From an uncultured delta proteobacterium (GTDB lineage Bacteria > Myxococcota > Myxococcia > Myxococcales > Anaeromyxobacteraceae), in the NCBI GenBank assembly GCA_963845515.1, contig CAWJSR010000010.1, positions 64,001 to 128,000 of the forward strand: DNA of 64,000 bases. Direction: 5' to 3'. Below are positions 1 to 11,061 of the stretch, in pieces. The translations under genes and the position numbers were made by a program. Under the pieces are notes generated by a model that saw nothing but the letters and a program-made list of their open reading frames with translations, was not told where the DNA came from and did not search any database. How positions within the stretch are numbered: the stretch's first letter is position 1; every line of letters begins with the position of its first letter.

Positions 1-403
1 TGAGCCCGGGCGCGACTCCGCTCGCGAGCCCCGCCTCCTTCCACGCGCGCGCCTGCTCGGCCAGCGGGCTGAGCACCGGCTCGACGGGTGGGGTCGAGCG
101 CGAGGAGACCAGCCAGACGGCGACGCCTGCCGCCAGGAGCAGCGCGCCGAACACGACGATGGTGCTGGTGCGTCCCCGCCGCATCCTCCCGGGACGGACG
201 GGCGTCGGACGGCGGGCCCGCGCGCCTGGTGGCGGCCGCTCGATCGCGGACGGCGCCGGGGTCATCGCAGCGGCATACGCCTGAGCCGGCGGCTGCTGAG
301 CTGGGCGCTGAGGGGCGCAGTCGGGGCAGAGGGGGGCCTGCCCCGGACGGAGCGAGCCCCCCTCGAAGACCGCGAAGCACCGGCTGCACGTCACCTGGGC
401 CAT
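1..403 (-). CDS. Partial Zn-ribbon membrane protein (runs off the window edge)
   Basis: Hand translation from ATG at 403: MAQVTCSRC...LCPDC, Pro-rich linker, hydrophobic stretch IVVFGALLLAAGVAVWLV; frame open to position 1. Confidence 0.65.
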   Translation of the reverse strand, partial: MAQVTCSRCFAVFEGGSLRPGQAPLCPDCAPQRPAQQPPAQAYAAAMTPAPSAIERPPPGARARRPTPVRPGRMRRGRTSTIVVFGALLLAAGVAVWLVSSRSTPPVEPVLSPLAEQARAWKEAGLASGVAPGL

Positions 404-471
404 GGCTCGGACAGACTACCCGGACTGCGCCACGGCGTCACAGCCCAGGCGGCCGATGCGGTCGCGAAAGG

Positions 472-2046
472 TCAGTGGCGGAAGTGGCGCATCCCGGACG
501 CCACCATGGCGATGCCCGCCTTGTCGGCAGCGGCGATCACCTCGGCGTCCCGCATCGAGCCGCCGGGCTGGATGATGGCGGTGGCGCCAGCCTTGATGAT
601 CTCCTCGACGCCATCGGCGAACGGGAAGAAGGCGTCGGACCCGACCGAGGAGCCCTGGATCGGGAGCTGCGCCTTCATCACCGCGGTCTTGACCGACTCG
701 ACGCGGCTCGTCTGGCCGCCGCCGATGGCGACGGTCCGATCGTCCTTCGCGAAGACGATGGCGTTGGACTTCACGTGCTTGACGACCTTCCACGCGAAGA
801 GGAGGTCCTTCCACTCCTGCTCGGTCGGGGCGCGCTTCGTCATCAGCTTGCAGTCCTCGCGCTTGATGGAGCCGAGATCGCGATCCATCACGAGGAGGCC
901 GCCGGTGACCGAGCGGAGCTCCCTGGACTCTTCGGGGCGGCGCTTCCAGCTCGAGCGCGGCTGGCCGAGGCGCGGCGCCTCGAGGACGCGCAGGTTCTTC
1001 TTCACGGCCAGCGCCGCGCGCGCCGCCTCGTCGAAGGACGGGGCGATGACGCACTCGAGGAAGAGCTGGGTCAGCTCGGAGGCCGCCGCCAGGTCGACCG
1101 GGCGGTTGAGGGCGACGATGCCGCCGAAGGCGGAGACGGGATCGCAGGCGCGGGCGAGCGCGAAGGCCTCGCCGAGCGTCTTCGCGACCGCCACGCCGCA
1201 CGGCGTGTTGTGCTTTATGATCACCGCGGCGACGTCGTCGAACTCCTTGACGTTGGCCATCGCCGCCTCGAGGTCGAGGAGGTTGTTGTAGGAGAGCTCC
1301 TTGCCCTGGAGGACCTTCGCGAAGGCGACCGTCGGCTCCTCCGGCTCGCGGCCGGCCTGGTAGAAGGCGCCCGCCTGATGCGGGTTCTCGCCGTACCGGA
1401 GGTCCTGGACCTTCGTGTAGACGGCGCCGAGCGTCGACGGGAAGTGGGCCGGCGCGGCCTCGGGCGTCTCGCGGCTCGTCAGGTACTCGGAGATGGCCGC
1501 GTCGTAGGCCGCCGTGTGGGCGAAGGCCTTCTTCATGAGCATGAAGCGGGTTGCGTCGGAGATGGACTTCGACTTCTCGACCTCGCCGGCGACGACCTCG
1601 TAGTCGGCCGGGTCGACCACGATCCCGACGTGCGCCGAGTTCTTGGCGGCGCTCCGGACCATGGTCGGGCCACCGATGTCGATCTCCTCGACGCAGACGT
1701 CGAACGGCTTGCCGGCCGCCACCGCCTCGCGGAACGGGTAGAGGTTGACGACGACGAGGTCGATCGGCGGGATGTCGCGCGCCTTCACGTCGGCCTCGTC
1801 GGAGGGGAGCCCGCGCCGGTAGAGGATGCCGCCGTGCACGCGCGGGTGGAGCGTCTTCACCCGGCCGCCGAGGATCTCGGGGGCCTGGGTATAGTCCCCG
1901 ACCTGGATCACCGGGATGCCCGCGTCGGCCAGCGCCTTGTGCGTGCCGCCGGTGGAGAGGAGCTCGACGCCGGCGGCGGCGAGCCGCCTGGCGAACGTGA
2001 CGAGGCCGGTCTTGTCGGAGACCGAGAGGAGCGCGCGACGAACCAT
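472..2046 (-). CDS. purH: Bifunctional AICAR formyltransferase/IMP cyclohydrolase
   Basis: RALLSVSDKTG, GGRVKTLHP, IDIGGPTMVRSAAKN, LRYGENPHQ, SDAFFPF, C-terminal RHFRH. Confidence 0.98.
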   Translation of the reverse strand: MVRRALLSVSDKTGLVTFARRLAAAGVELLSTGGTHKALADAGIPVIQVGDYTQAPEILGGRVKTLHPRVHGGILYRRGLPSDEADVKARDIPPIDLVVVNLYPFREAVAAGKPFDVCVEEIDIGGPTMVRSAAKNSAHVGIVVDPADYEVVAGEVEKSKSISDATRFMLMKKAFAHTAAYDAAISEYLTSRETPEAAPAHFPSTLGAVYTKVQDLRYGENPHQAGAFYQAGREPEEPTVAFAKVLQGKELSYNNLLDLEAAMANVKEFDDVAAVIIKHNTPCGVAVAKTLGEAFALARACDPVSAFGGIVALNRPVDLAAASELTQLFLECVIAPSFDEAARAALAVKKNLRVLEAPRLGQPRSSWKRRPEESRELRSVTGGLLVMDRDLGSIKREDCKLMTKRAPTEQEWKDLLFAWKVVKHVKSNAIVFAKDDRTVAIGGGQTSRVESVKTAVMKAQLPIQGSSVGSDAFFPFADGVEEIIKAGATAIIQPGGSMRDAEVIAAADKAGIAMVASGMRHFRH

Positions 2047-2075
2047 GTGGGGAAACCCTCCGGAGAGAACGCGCC

Positions 2076-2104
2076 CTTTTAGTCCGCGCCGGGCGGGGAT
2101 TCAA
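2076..2104 (-). promoter_or_regulatory. Putative sigma70 promoter of purH
   Basis: TTGAAT-N17-TAAAAG on the minus strand, 30 nt upstream of the ATG. Confidence 0.5.
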
Positions 2105-2214
2105 GGCGGGATCGCCGCTCCCCGGAGAAGGATCGGGGTGCGAGCGCCCCACTCGGACACCCCCAGGCGGGCCGCCGCACCGGCTCCGTCCGCCGCATCT
2201 GATAACGGTAGTCC

Positions 2215-4352
2215 ATGGCGCGACAGAAGCCCGGGACGCCTTACCCGCTCGGCGCGACCTGGGACGGACGCGGTGTCAACTTCGCCCTCTTCTCGGAGCA
2301 CGCGGAGGGCGTGGAGCTCTGCCTCTTCGATGACGCCGACCCGGCGGGCGAGAGCCGCCGGGTGAAGCTAACCGAGCAGACCGACGGCGTCTGGCACGCC
2401 TACTTCTCCGACGTCCAGCCCGGCCAGCGCTACGGCTACCGGGTGCACGGCCCCTGGAACCCCGCGGAAGGGCACCTCTTCAACCCGAGCAAGGTCCTGC
2501 TCGATCCCTACGCCAAGGCGATCGGGCGGCCCCTCCGCTGGTCGGACGAGCTGTTCGGGTATCCGATCGGCGCCCCGGAGGAGAACCTCGCCCGGGACGA
2601 GCGGGACAGCGCCCCGTTCGCGCCCCTCGCAGCCGTGGCAGACGAGTCCTTCACGTGGGGCGACGACGCGGCGCCGCGCACCCCGTGGCACCGGACGGTG
2701 ATCTACGAGGCTCACGTGAAGGGGCTGACGCGGCTCCACCCGGAGGTGCCCGAGGCGCTCCGCGGGACGTACGCCGGGCTCGTCTGCGAGCCGGTGCTGC
2801 GGCACCTCGTGGAGCTGGGGGTCACCGCCGTCGAGCTGATGCCGGTCCACCACCACGTCCACGAACGCGCGCTCGTCGAGCGCGGCCTGTCCAACTACTG
2901 GGGCTACAACACCCTCGCCTTCTTCGCGCCCGACCTGCGCTACGCGGTCCACGGCGACCCGCTCAAGTCGCTCCACGAGTTCAAGCGCATGGTCCGCGCG
3001 CTCCACTCCGTCGGGATCGAGGTCATCCTGGACGTCGTCTACAACCACACCGCGGAAGGGAACCACCAGGGCCCGACGCTCTCGATGCGCGGGATCGACA
3101 ACGCGACCTATTACCGGCTCGCCGACGACAAGCGTCGCGCTACGTCGACTACACGGGCTGCGGCAACACGCTCAACATGCGGTCGCCCAGGGTGCTCCAG
3201 CTGATCATGGACAGCCTGCGGTACTGGGCCATGGAGATGCACGTCGATGGCTTCCGCTTCGACCTCGCCAGCGCGCTCGCGCGCGAGCTCCACGAGGTGG
3301 ATCGGCTCTCGGCCTTCTTCGACATCATCCACCAGGATCCGGTCCTCTCGCAGCTCAAGCTGATCGCCGAGCCGTGGGACCTCGGCGAGGGGGGCTACCA
3401 GGTCGGCAACTTCCCCATCGGCTGGACCGAGTGGAACGGCAGGTACCGCGACTCCGTCCGCCGCTTCTGGAAGGGGGACGGCGGGATGGTGAGCGAGCTG
3501 GCGACGCGCCTCGCCGGCTCCGCCGACCTCTACGAGACCAGCGGCCGGCGCCCGTACGCGAGCATCAACTTCGTGACCGCGCACGACGGATTCACCCTGC
3601 ACGACCTCGTCAGCTACGACCACAAGCACAACGAGGCCAACGGCGAGGAGAACCGCGACGGCGCCGACGAGAACTTCAGCTGGAACTGCGGCGCCGAGGG
3701 GCCCACCGAGGATCACGCCATCGGCGAGCTGCGCGCGCAGCAGCGGCGGAACCTGCTGGCCTCGCTCCTCTTCTCGCAGGGCGTGCCGATGCTCCTCGCC
3801 GGCGACGAGCTGGGGCGGACCCAGGGGGGCAACAACAACGCCTACTGCCTCGACGACGAGACCAGCTGGATCCACTGGGACCTCGACGAGCGGAGGCAGG
3901 GGCTCATCGACTTCGTCCGGCTGCTCGTCGCGATCCGGCGCGACCACCCCGTCCTGCACCGGCGGAGCTTCTTCCAGGGGCGCCCGATCCGCGGTGGGAA
4001 GGACATCGCCTGGCTGCAGCCCTCGGGGAAGGAGATGACGGACGAGGCGTGGCACCGCGGCTTCGCCCGCTGCCTCGGCGCCCTCCTGGTCGGCGACGCC
4101 GTCGACGAGGTGGACGAGGACGGGAACCCCGTCCGGGACGACACCCTCCTCCTCCTGCTCAACGGGCACCACTCGCTCAGGCTCTTCGCGCTGCCGCCGG
4201 TCGATCGATCCCGGTGGGAGACCCTGATCGACACGAGCGAGGCGGTCCACGGCGATGCGGTGCGCTGGCACCAGCACCGGTACCGGATGGCCGGCCGCTC
4301 CCTGGCGCTCCTCGTCGCGCGCAGCGAGCGGCGGCGCGCGAGGCGAGGTTGA
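2215..4352 (+). CDS. glgX: Glycogen debranching enzyme; one frameshift near 3135
   Basis: [17 protein letters not shown] and [10 protein letters not shown] in ORF 2215-3204; continues in another frame with [42 protein letters not shown]. Confidence 0.93.
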
Positions 4353-6151
4353 CCCACGGCCCCGGCCTCGGCGCCGTCGTCGCGGGGGGCGCGACCCGGT
4401 TCCGGGTCTGGGCTCCGGGCGCGGATCGGGTCGAGACGCTGATCGAGGGGCGCGGCGTCCACCCCCTGTCCCCGAGCGGCGGCGGCCACCACGAGGCGGT
4501 GATCCCCGGCGTCGGCCCGGGTGCCCTGTACCGGCTGCGGGTCGACGGTCGCGGCCCCTTCCCCGACCCGGCGTCACGCGCGCAGCCGGAGGGAGTCCAC
4601 GGCCCGTCGATGGTGATCGACCCTTCGGCGTTCGGCTGGACCGACGCCGCCTGGCCTGGCGTCCCCCTGCGCGACCTCGTCATCTACGAGCTTCACGTCG
4701 GCACCTTCAGCCCGGCGGGGACCTTCGCCGGAGCCGCCGCGCTCCTGCCTGCGCTGCGCGAGCTGGGGGTCACCGCCATCGAGCTGATGCCGCTCGCCGA
4801 CTTCCCCGGGCGCCGGAGCTGGGGCTACGACGGCGTCTCACTGTTCGCGCCGGCCCGCTGCTACGGCACGCCGGACGATCTTCGGCGGCTGGTGGACGAG
4901 GCCCACCGGCTCGGCCTGGGGGTGCTCGTCGACGTCGTCTACAACCACCTCGGGCCGGACGGGAACCACCTCGCCGCGATCAGCCCCCACTACTTCACGC
5001 ACCGGCACCAGACGCCCTGGGGCGACGCGATCAACTACGACGGCGAGGGGAGCGAAGGGGCCCGCGACTTCGTGGCCGAGAACGCGCTCCACTGGATCCG
5101 CGAGTACCACGCGGACGGCCTGCGGCTCGACGCGACCCACGCCATCGTCGACGACTCGCCCCTCCACGTCCTGGCGGAGCTCGTCGCCCGCGTGCGGGCC
5201 GAGGCGGGCCGCCCGGCGCTGATCATCGCCGAGGACGAGCGAAACCTGGTGACGCTGATCCGCCAGCCTGGCGACGGTGGAATGGGGCTCGACGCCGTCT
5301 GGGCGGACGACTTCCACCATCAGGTCCGGGCGCGCCTGGCCGGCGACCGCGACGGGTACTTCGCCGACTTCACCGGCGCGGTCGAGCCGCTCGCGGAGAC
5401 GCTGCGGCGAGGCTGGCTCTTCACCGGGCAGCTCTCGCGATTCCACGGCGCACCGCGCGGCACCGATCCGGCCGGGCTGCCGCGCGAGCGCTTCGTCGTC
5501 TGCGTCCAGAACCACGATCAGGTCGGGAATCGCGCCTTCGGCGACCGGATCCACCAGGGGATCGACGCCGCGGCGTGGCGCGCCGCCGTCGCGCTCCTGC
5601 TCCTCACTCCGGAGACCCCACTCCTCTTCCAGGGGCAGGAGTGGGCAGCCTCGACGCCGTTCCTCTACTTCACCGATCACGAGCCGGCGCTGGGACGGCT
5701 CGTCACGGAGGGGCGCCGGCGGGAGTTCGCCCGCTTCACCGCCTTCGCCGACCCGGCCACCCGGGAGCGGATCCCCGACCCGCAGGCCGACGCGACCTTC
5801 GAGGCGAGCAGGCTCCGCTGGGAGGAGCGCTCACGTGAACCGCACGCGTCGTCGCTCCGTCTGCACCGCGCCCTCCTCTCCCTCCGGCGCACCGCGCTGA
5901 CCCCCCGCTTCGACCGCTTCGACGCGGTGGCCGTGCCGCCCGGCGGGCTCCTGCTCAGGATCGGCGAGCTGGCCGCTGCGGTCTGGCTGGAGGGGCGCGG
6001 CGAGGTCGAGGTCAGCGGAGTCGGCGCCAGGGTCCTGCTCTCGACCGAGGACCCGGCCTTCGCGATCGAGCCGGAGCCCGTCGAGATCGTGCGGTCGGAG
6101 GGCGCGACCCGGCTGCGCTTCGGCCGACCCGGGGCGCTGGTGCTCTCCTGA
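4349..6151 (+). CDS. treZ: Malto-oligosyltrehalose trehalohydrolase
   Basis: [59 protein letters not shown] start overlapping the glgX stop. Confidence 0.93.
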   Translation: MTHGPGLGAVVAGGATRFRVWAPGADRVETLIEGRGVHPLSPSGGGHHEAVIPGVGPGALYRLRVDGRGPFPDPASRAQPEGVHGPSMVIDPSAFGWTDAAWPGVPLRDLVIYELHVGTFSPAGTFAGAAALLPALRELGVTAIELMPLADFPGRRSWGYDGVSLFAPARCYGTPDDLRRLVDEAHRLGLGVLVDVVYNHLGPDGNHLAAISPHYFTHRHQTPWGDAINYDGEGSEGARDFVAENALHWIREYHADGLRLDATHAIVDDSPLHVLAELVARVRAEAGRPALIIAEDERNLVTLIRQPGDGGMGLDAVWADDFHHQVRARLAGDRDGYFADFTGAVEPLAETLRRGWLFTGQLSRFHGAPRGTDPAGLPRERFVVCVQNHDQVGNRAFGDRIHQGIDAAAWRAAVALLLLTPETPLLFQGQEWAASTPFLYFTDHEPALGRLVTEGRRREFARFTAFADPATRERIPDPQADATFEASRLRWEERSREPHASSLRLHRALLSLRRTALTPRFDRFDAVAVPPGGLLLRIGELAAAVWLEGRGEVEVSGVGARVLLSTEDPAFAIEPEPVEIVRSEGATRLRFGRPGALVLS

Positions 6152-6157
6152 GCCGGA

Positions 6158-9139
6158 TCAGGCCGGGGGGGAGACGAGCAGCGCCACCGGGAAGTCGGCC
6201 AGCGCCTCCGCCACGTCGAGCGTCCCCGTCGTGCGGACGGCGCCGGTCACCGCGTCCTGGAGGGGCCCGCCGGGGAGGGCGAGTCGAGCGCGGAGCGGCC
6301 GGGGCCGCAGCGCGTCGTCGAGCTGCCCCAGGAAGAGCCGTGGCGCGATGCAGACCAGCCACCGGTCATCGAGCCTCCTCGCGAACGCGACGACGCGGTC
6401 CGCATCGTCCCCCTCCGCGGGCAGCGGTTCGTAGCCGCCCCTCAGGAAGAGGCCCGGATCGTCCCGGCGCAGCCGCAGCCCGCTCGCGAGGAGCAGGAGC
6501 TTGGCGCGCCCGTCGGCCAGCGCCTCGGGGGCCGAGAGCTCGCGCGCCAGGACGAGCCGGTCGCGGGCGGCGTCGAGCTCGTCGAGGAGCCTGGAGCGCA
6601 GCTCGAAGTCGACGGGGCGCCTGTTGTCGGGATCTACCAGCGAGAGGTCCCAGAGCTCGGTCCCCTGGTAGGTGTCGGGCACTCCGGGGCTGGCCAGCTT
6701 CAGCGCGACCTGCGAGAGCGAGGAGAGGCGGGCCGCCGCCGCGACCCGGCGGACCAGGTACCCTGCGCTCTCCAGAAACGGCGCGGACCCGAGGATCGAG
6801 GCGACGAACCCGTGGACCGCCTCCTCCCACGCGAGCTCCGGGCGCGTCCAGCTGGTGTGGACCTTCGCCTCCCGGAGCGCCTTGAGCGCGTAGGACTGCA
6901 GTCGGTCGACGTACGCCTCCCACCCCGGCGCGCCGATCGCGGCGCCGTCCGGGAGCGTTCCGACGATCGTCTGGTAGAGGAGGGTCTCCTCCTCGCGGTC
7001 CGGAGCGCGCTCTCCGTCGATCTCCCGGCCGAACCGCCGGTGTGCCCGGCTCCAGTCCCGGACCTGGTCCCACCAGCCACCTCCCATCTCCGAGAGGGCG
7101 TCGATCCGCAGCCTCGTGTCCTCGCTCCGCTTGGTGTCATGTGTCGTGGTGGCGAGCATCGAGCCCGGCCAGCGCTCCAGCCGCGCCCCGTTCTGCCTGT
7201 GGAAGGCGGCGGGGGCGACGCCGAAGCGAGCAGGATCGCCCCCGACCTCGTTGAGCGAGGCGAGCCGGAGGTAGCTGTAGAAGGCGGTGTCCTCCAGCGC
7301 CTTCGCGCTGATCGCCCCGGTGATCTGCTGGAGCTTGAGGGTGAACTCGAGCCGGTCATGCCGCGCTGGGTCGCCCAGGTGCTCTGGTGACTGCTGCAGC
7401 AGGACGTCGCGGAGGAAGTCGAAGATCGAAGGATCGAGCAGGTAGGCCCGGCGCCGGGCGCGGGCGATGGTGGCCTCTACGTAGCCGCGATCCTGGGCCT
7501 CTACCTCGCCGCGAGGGCCGACGTACGTCCTGTAGATCGGGAGCAGGGCCAGATACTCGATCAGGGCACGGGTCAGCTCGGCGTGGGTGAAGTCCCGCGT
7601 CCGCCGGTCGGTCTCCGCGGCGCGCTCCAGCCGCCGCGCCAGCATCTGCACCTCGCTCGCCATGAGCGAGGTGCAGACCAGCCGCCGGGAGGCCTGCGCG
7701 ACCTCGGAGAAGGGCACGCGCTGCCCCCGGAAGCGGGCGTGTCGCGTCGCGAAGACCCTGGCAGCGGTCGAGTCGACGAAGAGCCCGTTCACGGCGTTCA
7801 GGAACTCGTACCCGGTCGTCCCGTGGACGGCCCAGGACTCGGGCATCACCTCGTCCGCCGCCAGGATCTTCTCGGCGACGACGTAGAGCGGCAGAGACGG
7901 ACTCCGGATGCGCGCCAGCCTCTCCGCGAGCCGCTCGGCGCGCGCACGCCGTACGCCAGGATCGGTCGCACCCCCGCCCTCCTCCTCGCCCGGCTCGGCG
8001 CGCCGTGCCAGGACCGTCGCCTGGAGCCGGCGGAAGTAGCCGGGGGGATCGTAGAGGCCGTCCGGGTGGTCGATCCGGAGCCCGGTGATCGCGCCGGCCT
8101 CGACGAGGTCCAGCAGCAGCCGGTGCGAGTCCTCGAAGACCGAAGGCTCCTCCATCCGGATCGCCGCCAGCCCGTTGACGTCGAAGAAGCGGCGGTAGTT
8201 GATCTCGTCCCCGGCGACGCGCCAGTGGGCGAGCCGGTAGCCCTGCTCGTCGAGCAGCGCGTGAAGCCGGTCGAAGCTCCGCGGGTCGCCGGGCGACCCG
8301 TTGAAGGCGGCGACGGCGGCGTCCACGTGCCGTGCGACCCGCTCGCTCTCGGCACAGAGCGCCGCGAGGCGCCGCCTGGCCACCTCCTTCTCGCGAGTCC
8401 GCTCGATCACGGCCGCGGGCTCGGTCGCGTCGCGCGGCGCCAGCTTCTCGAGCGCCGCGCAGACGCTCTCCAGCTCCTGGAGGCTCGGGTGGGCCGCGCC
8501 CAGATCGGCGGCGAGGGTCTGCAGATCGTGACGGAGCAGCGTCGGGACCGTGCGCGGCGCGATGGGGAACCGGTGGTCGAAGTAGCGCAGGAGGAAGGTG
8601 CCGCCGTCCCGCACGAGCCCCAGCTCGCCGCGCTCGAGCACCGCCCCGTACTGGTCGGCGAGGAGCGGGAGCAGGACCTTGTCGGCCAGCTCCTCCTTCC
8701 GCGGCCTCCAGTCGATGTCGAAGCGGTGCGCCTCCACCGATGACGGCCCGTCTTCGAGGACGGCCATCCACCAGCCATTCTCGGCGCCGATCCCCATGTG
8801 GTTGGGGACGAAGTCCACGATCAACCCGAGGTCGGTGGCGGCGACCGCCTCGCGAAGCGCGGCGAACCCATCGCTGCCTCCCAGCGAGGTGGAGAGCCGC
8901 GCGTGATCGACCACGTCGTAGCCGTGGACGCTGCCTGGCGCCGCCTCCAGGATCGGGGAGACATAGAGCGCGTCCGCTCCGAGCCGCACCAGGTAAGGGA
9001 CCACGGCGGCTGCCTCGCGAAACCCGAAGCCGGAGCCGAGCTGGAGCCGGTACGTGGAGGCGGGAACGCGCGCGGCCCCGGCAGGATCCGCGAGCGCGGA
9101 GGCCAGCCGCCCGAAGATCCGGTCTTCCTCGTCAGCCAT
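6158..9139 (-). CDS. treY: Malto-oligosyltrehalose synthase
   Basis: [64 protein letters not shown]. Confidence 0.96.
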   Translation of the reverse strand: MADEEDRIFGRLASALADPAGAARVPASTYRLQLGSGFGFREAAAVVPYLVRLGADALYVSPILEAAPGSVHGYDVVDHARLSTSLGGSDGFAALREAVAATDLGLIVDFVPNHMGIGAENGWWMAVLEDGPSSVEAHRFDIDWRPRKEELADKVLLPLLADQYGAVLERGELGLVRDGGTFLLRYFDHRFPIAPRTVPTLLRHDLQTLAADLGAAHPSLQELESVCAALEKLAPRDATEPAAVIERTREKEVARRRLAALCAESERVARHVDAAVAAFNGSPGDPRSFDRLHALLDEQGYRLAHWRVAGDEINYRRFFDVNGLAAIRMEEPSVFEDSHRLLLDLVEAGAITGLRIDHPDGLYDPPGYFRRLQATVLARRAEPGEEEGGGATDPGVRRARAERLAERLARIRSPSLPLYVVAEKILAADEVMPESWAVHGTTGYEFLNAVNGLFVDSTAARVFATRHARFRGQRVPFSEVAQASRRLVCTSLMASEVQMLARRLERAAETDRRTRDFTHAELTRALIEYLALLPIYRTYVGPRGEVEAQDRGYVEATIARARRRAYLLDPSIFDFLRDVLLQQSPEHLGDPARHDRLEFTLKLQQITGAISAKALEDTAFYSYLRLASLNEVGGDPARFGVAPAAFHRQNGARLERWPGSMLATTTHDTKRSEDTRLRIDALSEMGGGWWDQVRDWSRAHRRFGREIDGERAPDREEETLLYQTIVGTLPDGAAIGAPGWEAYVDRLQSYALKALREAKVHTSWTRPELAWEEAVHGFVASILGSAPFLESAGYLVRRVAAAARLSSLSQVALKLASPGVPDTYQGTELWDLSLVDPDNRRPVDFELRSRLLDELDAARDRLVLARELSAPEALADGRAKLLLLASGLRLRRDDPGLFLRGGYEPLPAEGDDADRVVAFARRLDDRWLVCIAPRLFLGQLDDALRPRPLRARLALPGGPLQDAVTGAVRTTGTLDVAEALADFPVALLVSPPA

Positions 9140-9206
9140 GCCGTCCTCCGATCGGAGTCCACCTGCAGCCCCAGCGCGGCGTGATCGGCTCCCGCCGCGC
9201 CGGCGC

Positions 9207-9665
9207 TCAGCCCCCCAGCAGCCCGGCGCCCCCGACCCAGAGCGCCGCGCCGAAGCCGGCGATGTAGCGGGCCTCGGCCGGCTTCAGCGCCCAGAGCTGG
9301 AAGCCGAGCTCCAGGTACATGGACGCGTCAGGGTGGCGCGCGAGGAAGCGCGCCCGCGCGGCCGCCTCGGGCTCCCCCTCCAGGCGCCGCGCGATGCCGA
9401 TGAGGGTCGCGCGCGCCGACTGCTGCAGATCGCCCTCGGTCGGGTCCTGCACGAGCAGCGAGGCGCGCGGGTCGCTGACGAGGTTCTTCGTGTGCTGCGC
9501 GAGGTGGGAGATCAAGAAGACGGGCTCACCATCGGCAGACGAGGCGAGCTGGACCAGCGAGCCGTACGGGTAGCCGGCCGGCTTCAGGCTGATCGTCGAG
9601 AGCAGGCCGTGGCGCGCCTCGCGCACCAGCTTGCGGACCGCCTCGGCGGCATCGGATCCAGCCAC
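9207..9665 (-). CDS. Pyridoxamine 5'-phosphate oxidase-like / HugZ-family split-barrel protein
   Basis: LSTIS..GYPYGSLV, LISHLAQHTKNL..DPRASLL, ARYIAGFG; GGAGG upstream of the GTG. Confidence 0.8.
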   Translation of the reverse strand: MAGSDAAEAVRKLVREARHGLLSTISLKPAGYPYGSLVQLASSADGEPVFLISHLAQHTKNLVSDPRASLLVQDPTEGDLQQSARATLIGIARRLEGEPEAAARARFLARHPDASMYLELGFQLWALKPAEARYIAGFGAALWVGGAGLLGG

Positions 9666-9733
9666 AGTCGCGCCCTCCCGCGGCCCATCCGGGGCCACGG
9701 GGACGATCCTACCGCTTCGCGTCGGCGCGAGCC

Positions 9734-10279
9734 CTAGTCCTCGTCGTTCGGGCCGTAGACGACCGGCTCGAAGGGCTGGCCGGAGCGGGGCTCCTCCTCG
9801 GCCATCGCGCGGAGCTTGAGCAGGCCGCGCGTCTCGACCTGGCGGATCCGCTCGCGCGTGAGGTTCATGATGGTGCCGACCTCCTCCAGCGTGATGCCGC
9901 CGCGATCTGCGACGTCCAGCGCGCAGGTGTCGGCCAGCTCCCAGACTTCCTTGTCGGGGAAGTTGAGCTTGATGGATCCCGTCGCCGGGTTCACGTCCAG
10001 GTAGAGGTGGTGCTTGCACGCGATGAACATGCACGGGCGTGGCCCCGCCCCGCAGTCCGCGCGCGACCGCGGACGGGTCGCCTCGATCTCCTTCATCGTG
10101 GCGTCCAGCTCGGGGTCGATCAGCCCGAACGCGCGCTGACGCCGGAGCTCGCGCGCGATCTCCTTGCGCGACATCGTCCTGGAGCGATGCCGCTCCGGCT
10201 TGCCGTCGTCCAGCTCACCGACCTCCGGGTTCACCGGCTCCGCCACCGGGATCCGCTCGCTCCGCTTCGCCTCGCTCAT
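9734..10279 (-). CDS. Stand-alone sigma70 region-4-like HTH protein with Cys/His motif
   Basis: [21 protein letters not shown] (sigma70 r4 HTH signature) preceded by C-x6-C-x4-CKHH...TC. Confidence 0.8.
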   Translation of the reverse strand: MSEAKRSERIPVAEPVNPEVGELDDGKPERHRSRTMSRKEIARELRRQRAFGLIDPELDATMKEIEATRPRSRADCGAGPRPCMFIACKHHLYLDVNPATGSIKLNFPDKEVWELADTCALDVADRGGITLEEVGTIMNLTRERIRQVETRGLLKLRAMAEEEPRSGQPFEPVVYGPNDED

Positions 10280-10354
10280 CCCCGACCTCCATCCCCTGCG
10301 CCCCACCGGGCGCCCTGACACCTGCCCCTGGCGCCGCCCCGCGGCGCCGCGGTC

Positions 10355-10861
10355 TCACGCGACCCGCGCGGCCTCCGCCGCCGGGATCGTCGCGACCGCA
10401 CCACCCACCCTCTCCATCCTCTTGAGCGCCGCCAGCGCCGCCCGCTCCGCCACCCGAAGCTCCGCCTCATAGGCCCGGCGCCGAGGGTGCTCCTGCACCT
10501 TCCGGCCGAGATCGGCGACCAGCTCCGCCAGCCCCTGCTCCACGTCCTCGAGCCGGTTGCGCACCGTGAGGAAGCTGCCGCGGATGTCCTCGACCGTGTA
10601 GCCCTCGGCCATCATCCGCTTGATGAGCTCGATGCGCCGCACGATCGCGACGGGGTAGAGCCCGGTCGATCCGGCGTGCTTGCCCTTCCGGCCGACGCGC
10701 CTGGATCGCGGCAGGAGCCCCTGCTGCACGTACTTCCTGAAGGTCGCCTCCGAGAGCCGCGCGCCGCGCGCCTCGAACAGCCGCACCACCTCCGCGCTCG
10801 TGATCCCGCCGGCGCGCTCGCGCTCGATCCGGACCAGCTCGTCTTCGCGCAGATATTCCAT
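10355..10861 (-). CDS. MerR-like HTH DNA-binding protein
   Basis: SEATFRKYVQQGLLPRSRR...GLYP..IVRRIELIKRMMAEGYTVEDIR, followed by a coiled-coil. Confidence 0.75.
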   Translation of the reverse strand: MEYLREDELVRIERERAGGITSAEVVRLFEARGARLSEATFRKYVQQGLLPRSRRVGRKGKHAGSTGLYPVAIVRRIELIKRMMAEGYTVEDIRGSFLTVRNRLEDVEQGLAELVADLGRKVQEHPRRRAYEAELRVAERAALAALKRMERVGGAVATIPAAEAARVA

Positions 10862-11061
10862 TCGATCGATTACTCTCGTTATTCTCTCTCGAAAAGTTGA
10901 TTCAGAGACTAGTCAATTCAGTAGATTTCGTCAACGGCGCCGCGCTCCAGGGCGAGGCCCTGAAGGGTCGGGCGTGGCGGCGGATGTGGGGGCAGGTGCG
11001 ATCGCGCCCCTCACCGCGGCGGGCGGGAGGGGCGCGTCAGCGACCGGACTTCAGGGAGGGG

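Noticed and set aside
2100..2180. ZTP (pfl) riboswitch upstream of purH; CCGGGGAGCG and GCCCGCCTGGG are present on the minus strand
   Set aside because: The two motifs are in the wrong order and the conserved GACTGGCG segment is absent
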